Positions 25,647-39,455 of a DNA stretch of 64,000 bases are shown one piece after another. The notes under the pieces were generated by a model. That model had not been told where the DNA came from. It saw only the letters and a list, made by a program, of their open reading frames with translations, and did no database searches. The stretch covers positions 9,734,001 through 9,798,000 of the forward strand of contig NC_043013.1 in the NCBI RefSeq assembly GCF_006345805.1, given 5' to 3'. This DNA comes from Octopus sinensis. Lineage: Eukaryota. The translations under genes were made by a program, and so were the position numbers. Positions within the stretch are counted from its first letter, which is position 1. Each line of letters starts with the position of its first letter.

Positions 25647-28199
25647 TTCCATAAGAATTCGACCTTATTGTCCATTGAATAAACATGTTGATCCAGCTTC
25701 GTGTAGTTGTGCGGTTATCTTTTGTATATTGTGACTTGTGGTTGAATATTTATGATTCAATTGCGCCATCATTCGTATTTCAAGATTATTAAATTAGTGA
25801 CCTAAAGGCTCGTTATCCCAAAGACTTTGCCCTCCTGCTACGTCCTGTGTTCTATTTGATTTGTTTGTATATATTACATTCAAGTTACTGCTGATTAAGA
25901 TTGTGTAAACCGATAAATGTACAGAAACTCGTCAGATTTTCGATAGCTGTAGCTCAAATGGTTCAGCTTTATCGACGATGCTGTTTTTGTCTGAAAATTT
26001 CATTAAGAATACACAGGTCTCTGTAAGGATTTGCTTTTCGCTCCTTAATTCATGCAATAATCATGCAATAACGTTGACTGAAAGACTAAATCTTCATCGT
26101 CGAAACCGACGGCAATCCATCCGTGGGTATGTTTATGTGTGCATAATAACTTCCTGGTTTCCCAAACGCGCACACGGGTACGTGCATATCCGTGTGAGTG
26201 CTTGTATACATATTTAATACTTGTGTATGCTTGGGAATATTAAAAACAAAACAGTTACTGATGATTCGAATTCATTTCATACGTGCGTTTCGTGTGGTTA
26301 CGTAATAAATTGTTTCACAGATTTCTTAAGTCGTTATATCCTTGTAATGACTCAAGAGTGGTGCGTATGTAACAGTTTATTACGTTACCACTTTAATCTT
26401 GCGTATTCAATGCATTCAAAGTATCAGTAATTGCTTTCTTTTTATTATTCTAACACACGACTGATTCTAATGACCATCTATCCTAACTATCAGGCTTTAA
26501 ATACAGTCCAAATGGCTAAGTATAGAATACCCATATTCGTAGATTTACTAGTTTAAGCTTACTTTGGGGTTAAACAACAAACGATTTTCATTTCTTGAAG
26601 CTTGCAGTGCCATATTCAGTTCTCTTCTTAGAATGAGTGCTATCGTTTAGAAACGCAACTATTTATAATGTAAAATACTGTTGGAACCTTTTGCTTCGAA
26701 TGAGCGTCTTGGAATATATGAAAAGTCCGAAAAATATGAGTTTGCAAAATAGTTAAACTTCTTTAATGACATTCGATATTTCATTTACGATCCCTTGTTG
26801 GGAATTTGGTTAATGAAAATATTCTTAAGTAGCATTACCACTGAAGTATTCAGTCCTGTGCTACTAACAAATTTTCTTAAGGACCCATATAAGAATTGTC
26901 CAAGCAGCGAAGGTTTAACAATTTATTTGATATCCTAACGTTCCATTAAATGATGTACTAACGATACATTGTGTAATGTTTTATTCTCACATTTGTAACA
27001 TTTTACCAACCCATTAATATCTTGAACTGTCCTTGAGATTCTTGAAAAAGAGCCCTAACAATGTATTTAAGAATAGTCGAAATAGTATAGCTCGTAAGGC
27101 GTTGTCCTAAAGATATACTTAAACATATTCTTATAAATATCTGATAACCTAACGATATTTGTTGTGAAATATGTTAACTTTGATTAAGTTAATTTTGAAA
27201 TTAACAAAGAATTTAGTAAAATAAATTCATTATCAAACTGGTATGAAGAACAAGAATTATACAAGATTTTGATGCATGGTTATAATTAACTTTACCTTAA
27301 AACATGTAGTTTGTACCATAGAACAAAAAGGCTGTCTCAGGCCGTTGGAATCAAGAGGGTTACGTTTTGTTGTAATGATCCATTAAGTTTAAGCCATTCT
27401 TTAAATGTAGTCTCACTGTTTATTGTGTGATGTTCTTACAATGCTGTAATACTCGTCATAACAAACCATTAGCTATTGGCCTACCGAGTCATTGAGTCCT
27501 AAAAACTCATGAACTGTAGTTATAACGAACCACTAAGTATAGTTATAAAGAAATCATTATCTCTAGTTCTAATGAATCATTTACTGTAGTCGAATGGCCC
27601 ATTAACTACAGTTCTACAGTGCTAACTATCCATTTACAGTAGTTACAACAACCCATTAATATCTTCTAGGTAATATATATTGCTGATTAGTAAGAAATTT
27701 ATTTGAGAAATAACAGCTTTCAGGAAACAAACGTGTATATTTATTATTTTTTAAACTTTTATCTTCTTCAAAATCAAATTTTAAAATCCAGTTGTAATTA
27801 TTTCATTACATCAGAAATGTGATAACACACACAGCATAATTAAATTTACGTTTGTCTTATTTCCATGAAATAATTCATGTTATTGAACAAAAACAGCAAC
27901 AAAATCGACAACGTATCTTTACTTCATGTTTATATTTTGTTTATATTTTCTTCATTCTTACGTCTCAATTCATCAGATTATATAACTAACGATTTCGCAT
28001 TCATAGTTAATAGCATCTGGGTTGTCAGATTTCGGTAGTAGTTTTATTAGAGATTGTAAATACTTCCAGCTTTGTGTATATTTGAAAACCTACAGGGAAT
28101 ACTGGTCATTGCATAATATATATCATCTTGATCTGCCGTTGTTGCTTGAATTACAGCAGTGTATGCATGGCTCAAAACTCGACACAATTATCAGATCTC

Positions 28200-28440
28200 T
28201 GCTTGGAAACCCTAACGCCGGAGTTTAATTCGGTTTCCATGACGCACATGCGAGTAAGATTACAACAGTCTCCGCTGAGCAGGATGCCGGATCGCTGCAC
28301 AATGAACTCTGCTTTATTGCTAGAACCAAGTGAGATGAAAATGTGTTGCGCAAGATCAAAACACATCACTCAACTCTGGATTGATACCATGATCTTCTGA
28401 TTGTAAATGCCACACCTTAACTACAAGGCCAGGTGCCTTC
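28200..28440 (-). mobile_element. Degenerate SINE family D
   Basis: Reverse complement gaaggcacctggccttgtagttaagg...gatccggcatcctgctcagcgg...catggaaaccg aligns to 53150-53372. Confidence 0.65.
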
Positions 28441-28472
28441 AATGACAAAGTTATTACCAGAAATACATTGTC

Positions 28473-28885
28473 AAAGGCGGCGAGCTGGCACAAGCGTTAG
28501 CACGCCGGGCGAAATGCTTGGCGGTATTTCGTCTGCAGCTACGTTCTGATTTCAAATTCCGCCGAGGTCGACTTTGTCTTTCATCCTTTCGGGGTCGATT
28601 AAATAAGTACCAGTTACGCACTGGGGTCAATCGACTTAATCCGTTTGTCTGTCATTGTTTGTCCTCTCTGTGTTTAGCCCCGTGTGGGTAGTAAGGAAAT
28701 ACGTATTTCTTCTGCTGCTACGTTCTGAGTTCAAATTCCGCCGAGATCGACTTTGCCTTTCATCCTTTCGGGGTTGATAAATTAAGTACCAGTTACGCAC
28801 TGGACTCTATGTAATCGACTTAATCCGTTTGTCTGTCCTTGTTTGTCCACTCTATGTTTAGACCCTTGTGGGCAATAAAGAAATA
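28473..28885 (+). mobile_element. Dimeric SINE B (full monomer + headless monomer)
   Basis: Whole dimer flanked by agaa(a/t)tacattgtc at 28459-28472 and 28886-28899. Confidence 0.88.
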
Positions 28886-29187
28886 AGAATTACATTGTCG
28901 TCTTCGTCCAGAGAACGGCCTCTAACTGGTCATTTGACCAGCTATAAATAGCAACTAAATTTCACTCATATCATATTCTGCTTATATAATGACAGGGTAT
29001 CTTAGATAATGTAGAGCTATATACGTTTAAGCATACTAGATGGGCTTGACTGGAGTGACTTCCATCGTTGATCATTTATCGATTGATCAAATTTGAGCTC
29101 GGACCAAAGAAGTTTCCACAGCAAGGTTGTGACCATGTATTTCCAACTATACGCGCGAGCCTGTGTAAAATTTATATATATATATAC

Positions 29188-29239
<52 letters not shown>

Positions 29240-29409
29240 TATATATATTATATATATATATACATACATGCATACATATATATATATATATACATATATA
29301 TAACACATATATATATATATATATAATTACATACACACACACACACACACACACACACCACACACACACATATATATATATATATATAATATATATATAT
29401 ATATATACA

Positions 29410-29680
29410 AGGAATGGCAATGGCTCATGTATACCAGTTCCTGCAATTGATGTTCTTCTTGCAATTGCTGTTTTCTTTGCAACTGTTATTCTCCTTGCGA
29501 CTGTTGTTCTCCGAGGGAAAGACAGCGACATAAGATTCGATATATCATGGCGCCAGTGAGTCGCGGGTGTTTCTTTCAGAATTCACAGGGTTAGAACAAA
29601 TGCCATTAGGCATCACAAAGTCTCGATCCGTCATCGTAACAGTTCTATAAAGACACCTCCCTCAATTGGTATCAAACAAC
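29410..29680 (+). mobile_element. Possible degenerate LTR-retrotransposon 5' LTR end and primer-binding site
   Basis: ...attcgatatatCA immediately followed by TGGCGCCAGTGAG (PBS-like); four degenerate 18-bp repeats upstream. Confidence 0.35.
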
Positions 29681-32318
29681 ATTAGCATAAGAGTACAACA
29701 GAATAACAAAAAGCTGGCTTATAATACAGCATCGAATGAAGGTGTCTCTGCCCACCTTCATTGGTGATAACTGTTTGAACGGTCTCATCTGTCGAAAAAT
29801 TGTTTTGGTTATAAATTCATTTTCATTATATAGAATTCTTTGACAAGTGGATAATAGCATCAACTGAATATTGAAGAACAAGAAGTACATTTCGTTTAGA
29901 GTTCAAATCCTGCAAAGGTCGATAAAATAAGTACTTGAGTTAATGAACAATAACTTGGAAGGCGTTGCTTTTTCTTGTTCTCAGTTTAGTATTTGAAACC
30001 ATTGGAAGCCTATAAGTTTTGATTTTAAATTCGAGCATTTCTCGACATTGTTTATTTAACCCTAACTACCAAAACTATTATTCGGAATTATATGTTCACA
30101 CATCTAGTGAACGCCGGAATACGGATTTTCCATTGCAAGGTTTGAAGATAATTAACGAGTAGTAAAGTGATAATTATGAAAACTGCCGCATCTGATTGGG
30201 AGAATATCAAATGCTAATCTATACTCTAGAAACAGAAAATATACTCTCTCTCTCTCTCTCTCTCGCACACACACACGCACACACACACACACACATACAC
30301 ACATACATATTCTTTCTCTCTCTCTCTTTCCACTCTGTATCTTTCTCTGTCTACTCTATCACTGTGTCTTTCCTTTTCTCTTTCTCTAATGAATGCCTCT
30401 TTGTAGAGGCACACAATTCAATTACGTTCCCATCGACGTATTCTGAGCACGAATATCACACACGTACGTGCAAGCGCTTACACAAACTTTCGTGTACGTA
30501 CATCTAATTTTGTTATATAGTCTGTATCTCTCTCACTTTTCTTCTCAATCGCTTTAACCCCCCACCCACCACCCTTAACTTTTCATGCACATTCTTTTTC
30601 CTTCTCTCCACTCCACACTTCTCCTTCTCCCTCTCTCTTTCTCTCCCTCTCTCAGACACACACACACACACACACATAATTTCTGTTATACTCCCTTTTT
30701 TTCTAGTCAACTCTCGCCCCCAACTCTATTTATCTCTGCCTCTCATTTTTTAATTTTTTTTCTTTCTTGTCGCCCCTTTATCATATGTCACTCTTCCTCC
30801 ACGCTCTTCTCTCTGATATTATCCCAACTAATATTTTACCATATTATTTTGATAGTATTGTATTTTATGCCATTCTGATCAGTGCTATATACACTCATTT
30901 TTTTAGAACCTATTTGATGTCGTCAATCTTTTCATTACAAACATCCGCACTCTGTGTACATAATTTACACAGCTTTAGCTATAAATTTTCGCCAACGTCA
31001 ATTCATCAAGGCTATACATTTCATTCATCCAACACGGGAACTCGACGAAAGACTATCTCGTTTCCGAATGATTCAAGGCAGAGCAGCTCAGTACAGAGTA
31101 TTATCTTACATCTAAATTTTGTGACTAGTTATGATAATCCTCTGAGAATACTAAACATTTCTGAAATATTTTAGAAAAAATACTGTTGCTTTTGAGGCAA
31201 TAGAATTCATGGATCATGGTCCCTCCATTATCTCAAGACGCTGAGTTCAAATCATGCTGTGGTCCCCTTAGCACTACATAACCCGTGAATCAATAGATAA
31301 TACCCTACTCATGAACTCGAATCATTTCAATGTCTGACAAGTGTATATACGAAGAGCATCTTACTCCTTAGAAGTATCAGTAAGAGAAAGATCACCGGGT
31401 TTAATCGACAATTCAATGTGAATGTAGCTAACTAATATAACAAGAATATTTATGTTTGTAGTAAAATTGCACCGAGACACAAATAGAACAAACACTTTAA
31501 TACTGATAACGTTAAGATCAGCTACCTCTGCCTAGATAATGACTTCTTTTATGAAATTACTCACTACAACCGAAATTAGACATTTCAATCCAACAGCCAA
31601 CGTATAACTGCAAAAATTTCCCTGTAATTACTCGCAGACGTTTTCCACACCTGTAATTATACAGAGCTGTTATATAGAATAGTTACAACCCCGGATGAAA
31701 CTGAATGTAATTAGACAGGATTCTCTGTGAAATTACTCAAATAACGTTATCAGTAGCATTTGCAATCTTTCAAGTCAAGGCACAGAATAACTTTCTTGAA
31801 TCGAAGCGTCTGGAAATATTAAAAAAAACATGGATCAGAAATTATTACAATAGCAAGAGCACCGTCGACAAAGAATTACCATAATTCAGTGATCTTGAAA
31901 GTGGCGACAATACCATACTGAAACGTTTCCTAACACTTAACATATGATGAGAAATACTAATACAATCTATTCATCATTGTCAGAATAATTTGTGTCTGAA
32001 CATTTTCGATCAACCGATCCAGCTCTTCAGAAAGACTTGTTTAGCTGGTGTGTTGCGAATACACAGCTTCAAAAATATTGGCTGGACGGCAGGGCGTCAA
32101 ATTCTGAGTTCAGTCGAAAGAGACACCAAATGATTATTTATAATTACACAAATAAGTGTATGATATCTTTATAAAGTTGGATTGATTCGTATTATAAAAC
32201 TTTATCAAAGAGAGATCTACAAAAATTGGTTGCGAAGAAGTCCAGTCCACAATTACGTGGTTCTGCTATGTTATAACTATAGCCACGGATTGAATTCAGT
32301 AGACAGAAACCATACATA

Positions 32319-32357
<39 letters not shown>

Positions 32358-32477
32358 TGGCTGTTGAATTGAAATGTCTAATTTCGGTTATAGATCTCAG
32401 GAAAAAAAACATTACATAGGCAGATGTTGCCGGTCTTGACTTTATCAGTAAGTGTGTGTGTGTGTGTGTGCAGGAGT

Positions 32478-32720
32478 AAGCACATAACCTAGTGGTTAGG
32501 ATATTGCATTGACGATCGCCTGATCTAGGGTTCGATTCCCTGAACTGGCGGTGCGTTGCGCTCTTGAGCAAAACACTTCATTTCACGTTGCATTCCATTC
32601 AGTTATAAAAGGGTAGCTTTCCAATCAGGAAGAATGTTGGCCTTCTCGTCTAGCAATCAGGGTGGCATCATTCGATAGTTAAAATGATGCAAAGAACATT
32701 GTGACCAGCGATGCATAACA
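32478..32720 (+). mobile_element. SINE family D-like
   Basis: A box TAGTGGTTAGG, B box GGTTCGATTCC, then ttgagcaaaacacttcatttcacgttgc core. Confidence 0.75.
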
Positions 32721-32753
32721 ACATACGACAGTCTAGTCAATCACGTGATATAT

Positions 32754-32801
<48 letters not shown>

Positions 32802-32850
32802 CACATAGAGACAGGGAGATGGATTGACAAAGACATATCTATCTCTTTAC

Positions 32851-32890
<40 letters not shown>

Positions 32891-32891
32891 A

Positions 32892-32933
<42 letters not shown>

Positions 32934-33365
32934 ATATATATATATGTATATGTATGTATATATATATATGTGTGTGTGTGTGTATGTGTGTGTGTGTGTG
33001 TGGTGCACTGTTCCGATATTTAAGGCATCAACAAGAAAGTCCTCTATCCAATGAAGATACTGATCATTTAATATACACAGGATCTAAATGCGCGCACATA
33101 AAAGTTTCATATTTCTGAAAATACAATGGTCGGACAAGCTTATATAGTTCCTACGCTTATTATTGCCTAAAAATACATGCGTTCTTTTAAAGATCGTGTA
33201 GTGTACAGACAGAAAGTTACTGATTTAAAACTCAATATTTTCCAGTAAGAACATATTTCAAGGAAAAATTCGTGTTCCAATATGGCTGAAGTCCAATGAA
33301 TGAAACTAGTAAAAGTATGTATTCGTTCATTCTGTGGCCAAACCGTAATAATCGAGTGAATATAT

Positions 33366-33408
<43 letters not shown>

Positions 33409-33469
33409 CATGTGTTTATTTGGCAAGAAAATAATGACCGTCCTGGAATCTTGCAAAACGAATTGATAA

Positions 33470-33510
<41 letters not shown>

Positions 33511-33559
33511 CATAATCAAGCGTTTACAAAAAATCTGAAATAAGGCATTAACTAAACTG

Positions 33560-34057
33560 CTTATTTGACATACACCTGTACACACTCTCACGTAGCAACA
33601 CACAACCAAAATCTCACACGCACACAGAACGCACACCCACGAATATTAACTCATAGACACACTCATTCATACGCTCAAGCTTACTCTCACACGCTCACGT
33701 ATACCTTCACTTGCTCACACACACCGTCACACGTCCACACTGGCACAACCACGCTAAGACAACCACACTAAACACATCTACACTGGCACATCCACACTGA
33801 GACACTCACACTGACACATGCACACTAACACACTCACACATGCACATCCACATTCACACACACGCACATACACTCACACTCGCACATTCACACTCACACA
33901 CTTGCGCATCCACATCACACACTCGCACAGCCGAACTCACACGCTCTCGCATACATATAGACACATACATACGATCACTATAAGCTTACTTCTCTCTCTC
34001 CCCCACACACACTCGTACGAGCGCACATACACCTGCACACATACACACATACACACA

Positions 34058-34103
<46 letters not shown>

Positions 34104-34110
34104 CGAACGC
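33560..34110. repeat. Degenerate (CA)n-rich low-complexity tract
   Basis: Directly visible. Confidence 0.85.
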
Positions 34111-34461
34111 ATTGCCACACATGTACGTTCATCCTTCTATCAGCTGCTCAATCGCCGACATTATATTCTTATCCAAATTTTTCAATGGATTATGTGCCCT
34201 TATGTGCAGCGCTCTCTCCCTTAGGAAGTTCATAAACTACAACGTCATTCTCGACGGCTTAAGCCCTCTTTTAGTCCTTATCTAACAGTTCTATATTGAT
34301 CCAGTGTAATAAATTATAGGCGCGTCTTCCCCTACGGATAATGACATTTTTTTTGTTTGTTTTCATTGCTGATTTTGATGTTGTTTCAATCATTATTATT
34401 AATTTTATCTCTCACTCTTTAAGGAAATTGTGCTTAATGAAGAAATCCTTATTATTATTAT

Positions 34462-34626
34462 GGTGGTTAGGTGGCAGTATCGTTAGCGCGCCGGACGAAA
34501 TGCTTAGCAGTATTTCGTCTGCCGCTACGTTCTGAGTTCAAATTCCGCCGAGGTCGACTTTGCATTTCATCCTTTCGCGGTCGATAGATTAATTACCAGT
34601 AAAACACTGGAGTCACCAGTAAAAGG
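34462..34626 (+). mobile_element. SINE family B, 3'-shortened, running into (ATT)n
   Basis: Head and ggtcgactttgcatttcatcc core, ending cagtaaaagg-attattatt. Confidence 0.8.
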
Positions 34627-34697
<71 letters not shown>

Positions 34698-34702
34698 TAT
34701 TA

Positions 34703-34756
<54 letters not shown>

Positions 34757-34867
34757 TATTTTATTATTATTATTATATTATTATATTATTATTTATTATT
34801 ATTATTTATTATTATTATTATTATTTTATTATTATTATTAATATTATTATTATTATCATTATTATTA

Positions 34868-34935
<68 letters not shown>

Positions 34936-34970
34936 TTATTATTTTATTATTATTATCATTATCATTATCA

Positions 34971-35020
<50 letters not shown>

Positions 35021-35077
35021 TATTATTATTATTTTATTATTATTATTATTATTATATTATTATTATTATCATTATTA

Positions 35078-35108
<31 letters not shown>

Positions 35109-35131
35109 TATTATTATTAATATTATTATTA

Positions 35132-35192
<61 letters not shown>

Positions 35193-35207
35193 CATTATTA
35201 TTATTAA

Positions 35208-35290
<83 letters not shown>

Positions 35291-35330
35291 GATTATTGTT
35301 ATTATTATTATTATTATTATTATTGTTATT
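34627..35330. repeat. ~700 bp (ATT)n/(ATC)n microsatellite
   Basis: Directly visible. Confidence 0.97.
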
Positions 35331-35812
35331 GCTGCGGCGAACTGGCAAAATATACACACACTTACACGCACATGTACTTATGTGTGTGTGTGTGTGTGTG
35401 TGTATCAATAAACATGGGACGACATATATGTAAACCGGTGCATATAGAATACTTTGTATATATAGCCACACATACATTTAGAAAACACAGAAGCATAGGC
35501 AATCTCATTCAGGATCTCTGTTTGTTTATGTGATCATTCATTTATATTTCATAAAATATATTTTATTGTTTTGTTTGTTGTTCTTGGTTACCCCAGTGTC
35601 AGGCTTTATGCAAAAAACAGATTATCAAGAACTTTCCTGCCATGATCTTACAAACATTTTTTTTTTTTACGTGCGTAATGTTTCCTTGTAAACTGGTCTG
35701 ATTTTGGGTTCGTGTAATTTGAGTCAAATTTTGTTGCTATTCTAGCATATGCCTGTCCAGGTCTAAGTGCGGTCGCTGCCTTCTTTCTTCACACAGATAT
35801 ATACAGAGAAAT

Positions 35813-36228
35813 ACGGCGGCGAGCTGGCAGGAACTTTAGCACGCCAGGCGAAATGCTTTGCAGTATTTCGTCTGCCGTTATGTTCTGAGTTCAAATTCCG
35901 CCGAGGACGACTTAGCCTTTCATCCTTTCGGGGTCGATTAATTAAGTACCAGTTACGCACTAGGGTCGATATAATCGACTTAATCCGTTTGTCTGTCCTT
36001 GTTTGTCCTCTCTGTGTTTAGCCCCTTGTGGGTAGTAAAGAAATAGGTATTTCGTCTGCGGCTACGTTCTGAGTTCAAATTCCGCCGTGGTCGACTTTGC
36101 CTTTTATCCTTTCGGGGTCAATTAAAAAAGTACCAGTTACGCACTGGGGTCGATGTAATTGACTTAATCTGTTTGTCTGTCCTTGTTTGTCCCTTCTGTG
36201 TGTAGCCCCTTGTGGGTAATAAAGAAAT
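35813..36228 (+). mobile_element. Dimeric SINE B (full monomer + headless monomer)
   Basis: Flanked by atatata(c/a)agagaaat at 35797-35812 and 36229-36244; second monomer starts gtatttcgtctg as in 28473-28885. Confidence 0.88.
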
Positions 36229-37247
36229 ATATATAAAGAGAAATGTATTTAAAAGGGAAAATACACCATTAATTTTTCATCCTTTCCTTTTTTTACTTAA
36301 ATTATTTACAGAATTATAACTTTCTTTTACATCTAAATATAAAGAAAACCATGACTTAAAAATAAAATTCTAAATAAGACAAACTACACAACTAAACAAA
36401 ATGAAGTACCCTAAATACAAGTATTACAAGAAAATAATTTATGAAACACCACCTCAATGATCTGTCCGGTTATGGCGTCATACGCCAACGTAGTGAAGTG
36501 AAATAAACGGCTCGTGTCAACCGGACAATGTTGTTAGGCGGATACGATAGACGTTCTCTAAATAATTGATGTTATCAATGATCAGTGGCAGATCTTCGGC
36601 GAAGCAAGGCGATGGTTGGTTTAATGGACTGGTAAATAACTCGCTCACAATATCCCGGTAGATTGAGCTGGATGGATCCTGATCGTTGGTGGCTGTTCTC
36701 ACAGCGTAAACAGTGGTCTCTCTCTCTCTTTTTTTTTCTCTTGCCGTCCATCCCTCTATTTTTCGCCTTCATCTCTCACTGTATGTCTGGTTGCCTGTCA
36801 GGTTGACACTGTGAATGTATGTCTGATTACCAGAAAGAATTGAGTCGATGGTGGGATTGAATACAAGACTGCTATGACCGGAACGACGGATATTTGTGTA
36901 AATAATAAACAAAAAGGGCGGGAAAAACTAAAGAAAAACGAAAATTAGAAGACACGTCAAAGTTAACGATGACGACAATAGAAGAGGAAAATGAAGTGAA
37001 CTTTCACTATTTTCGTGTCTGTTTTCAATGTCTTTCTAATACGTGTGTATACATACAAATGCATATTTTTGGAAACTACACCATTACGCCGGGGTTCATG
37101 TTTCCGATCTCCTGACGGTAGAGAATTATCGGAAAAGAGTTACTATAATGCATTCCATATATAGGAAAAAATAAATGAAAACTAGAAAATCAGAAGAAAC
37201 AGATTAAAATTTAATAATGAATTTTGATTGAATATGGAGACGAAATG

Positions 37248-38045
37248 TTATTACCTCTGCCAAGGAAGGAGATTATATTTTCATCGGCATTGGTTTGTCC
37301 GTCTGTCCGTCTGTGTGCAAAATAACTCAAAAAGTTGTGAACGGTATTTTATGAAACTTGCAAAAATAGTTGGTAATGACACAAGGAACAGATGATGAAA
37401 TTTCGGTAGTGATCCGGGAATTTCTATGGATTCTTGAAGGATTTTTCATTTATTATATTTACTTTACATGAAGTATTACAATGTTACGTTCTTTGATTAT
37501 TTGCCTTGGAAACACGTTCATCATTTCCACGTAACCTATGGTGGCGTTGCTATTTAGAGACAGTGTTGATGATGACGATGGTCGAGATAAGTATGGGGGG
37601 AGGATAAAATAGTATCGATGGTTATAATGGCGACAGGAACGGTGTGATGTGTGATGCCGAGGGGATGGTGGTAATAGCGGTGTTGATGATAGTGTTAGTT
37701 GTGTGATGGTGGTATTGCAGTGGTTATACTGGTTGTGATGGTGAAAGTGACTGTTAAGGAAAGCGTCATTATAAGATTGATGGCGGTGAATGTGGTTGAA
37801 GTGGAAGCAATGACAATGCTGCTGATGATGTTGGTGGTTGTGAACTGCTTCGGATGATTCCTATTTTTAAAGGGTTTGTTTTTTTCTTAAAATCATATGG
37901 ATGTGTTATTATTTTTTACCCCCGCCAAGGAGGTTGTTTTTGCCGGCATTGGTTTGGGAAATTGGGTGATTTTCAGTATGAGTGTATATGGGTGGAAATG
38001 AGCAGCTTGGCGAAGGTCTGCGCTCTCCGTGTGCTTTTCTATTTT
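37248..38045 (+). mobile_element. Helentron-associated non-autonomous element(s) with subterminal inverted repeats
   Basis: 5' ttattacctctgccaagg (37248), a second 5' end ttttacccccgccaaggagg (~37914), and 3' cttggcgaaggtctgcgctctccgtgtgcttttctattt (38006-38045). Confidence 0.65.
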
Positions 38046-38058
38046 AATATGTTATACA

Positions 38059-38472
38059 AGGCGCAGGAGTGGCTGTGTGGTAAGTAGCTTGCTAACCAAC
38101 CACATGGTTCCGGGTTCAGTCCCACTGCGTGGCATCTTGGGCAAGTGTCTTCTGCTATAGCCTCGGGCCGACCAAAGCCTTGTGAGTGGATTTGGTAGAC
38201 GGAAACTGAAAGGAGCCTGTCGTATATATGTATATATATATATATATATATGCGTGTGTGTGTCTGTGTTTGTCCCTCTAGCATTGCTTGACAACCGATG
38301 CTGGTGTGTTTACGTCCCCGTCACTTAGCGGTTCGGCAAAAGAGACCGATAGAATAAGTACTTGGCTTACAAAGAATAAGTCCCGGGGTCAATTTACTCG
38401 ACTAAAGGTGGTGCTCCAGCATGGCCGCAGTCAAATGATTGAAACAAGTAAAAGAGTAAAGACTAAAAAGAG
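38059..38472 (+). mobile_element. SINE family A, full length
   Basis: Colinear with other A copies. Confidence 0.92.
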
Positions 38473-39383
38473 TAAGTCTGGGTAAATATGAGGTAAATCA
38501 ACGCCATAAAACATCATGGTTTCATAATGAAACCCACTGAATCAAAATGAAGGAAGATTTAGTGTTCGATGTCATTAGGAGAATCCACAGCAAGGCAGAG
38601 GTTGGTAATTTCCTGGAATTGTTTATCCTTCACACCCTTAGAAAGTACTCCATATTTCAGCGTTTTACAAAGATGATGGTTTAGCAGCTTAACATAATAT
38701 TAATGAGCAGGCTACAAACTTATTCGAAAGAACGTCATACAGGTAATCAATGTAACAATATCTTGTATAAGTAAAATAAGATGATCGTAAATACACATGA
38801 ACTATAATCATGCACGTTTCATCCATAATTAAAACCTGTGAGCATGTTCAACCACGATGGCATTAAGCATATCCATCGCTAGGAAATTATTGGATGGGAG
38901 AACCCAATACTAGCGATGAGCGGTTTCTATAATTACGGTTTCTAACCGACGCAGTATTTTTCCCTATTAGATAAGTTATAAGGGGAATTTAACATTGTTA
39001 ATTTTTTTTAAAGAGAATTAGGATAAATATATAATCTGGTTCAACCCTCCCTCAATAAAATAGAAATAAATACACACATATATATATATAAATCTGTGTG
39101 TATATGTGTGTGTGTTTATGTGTGTGTATATATATATATATATATATAAACGCGGGGTAGACGAAATAGGGACAACTGAAGAAAGGGAATATTCCTTATT
39201 TTGTATGTCTTGTACTCTGTGTTTTCGTTGTTTTTGTTTTTATGTTTTCGTTTCTCATTGTGTTCAACGTTTTTTTATGTCCTGTACCCATATATGCATG
39301 TCTATAGACATATAGATGTAGGTATGTACTTATATGTATGTATATATATGCATATATTTATATATTATTTATATTATATAAAT

Positions 39384-39455
<72 letters not shown>

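Noticed and set aside
28022-28400. Protein-like ORFs with an apparent signal peptide and a GTAAGA donor
   Set aside because: The reverse strand is a decayed SINE D, which explains the composition.
32010-32056. gtcttt-CTGAAGA-GCTG-GATC-GGTT-GATC-GAAAATGTTC-agac on the minus strand
   Set aside because: Needs a 4-nt insertion before helix II and has no family-type flanks; likely chance.
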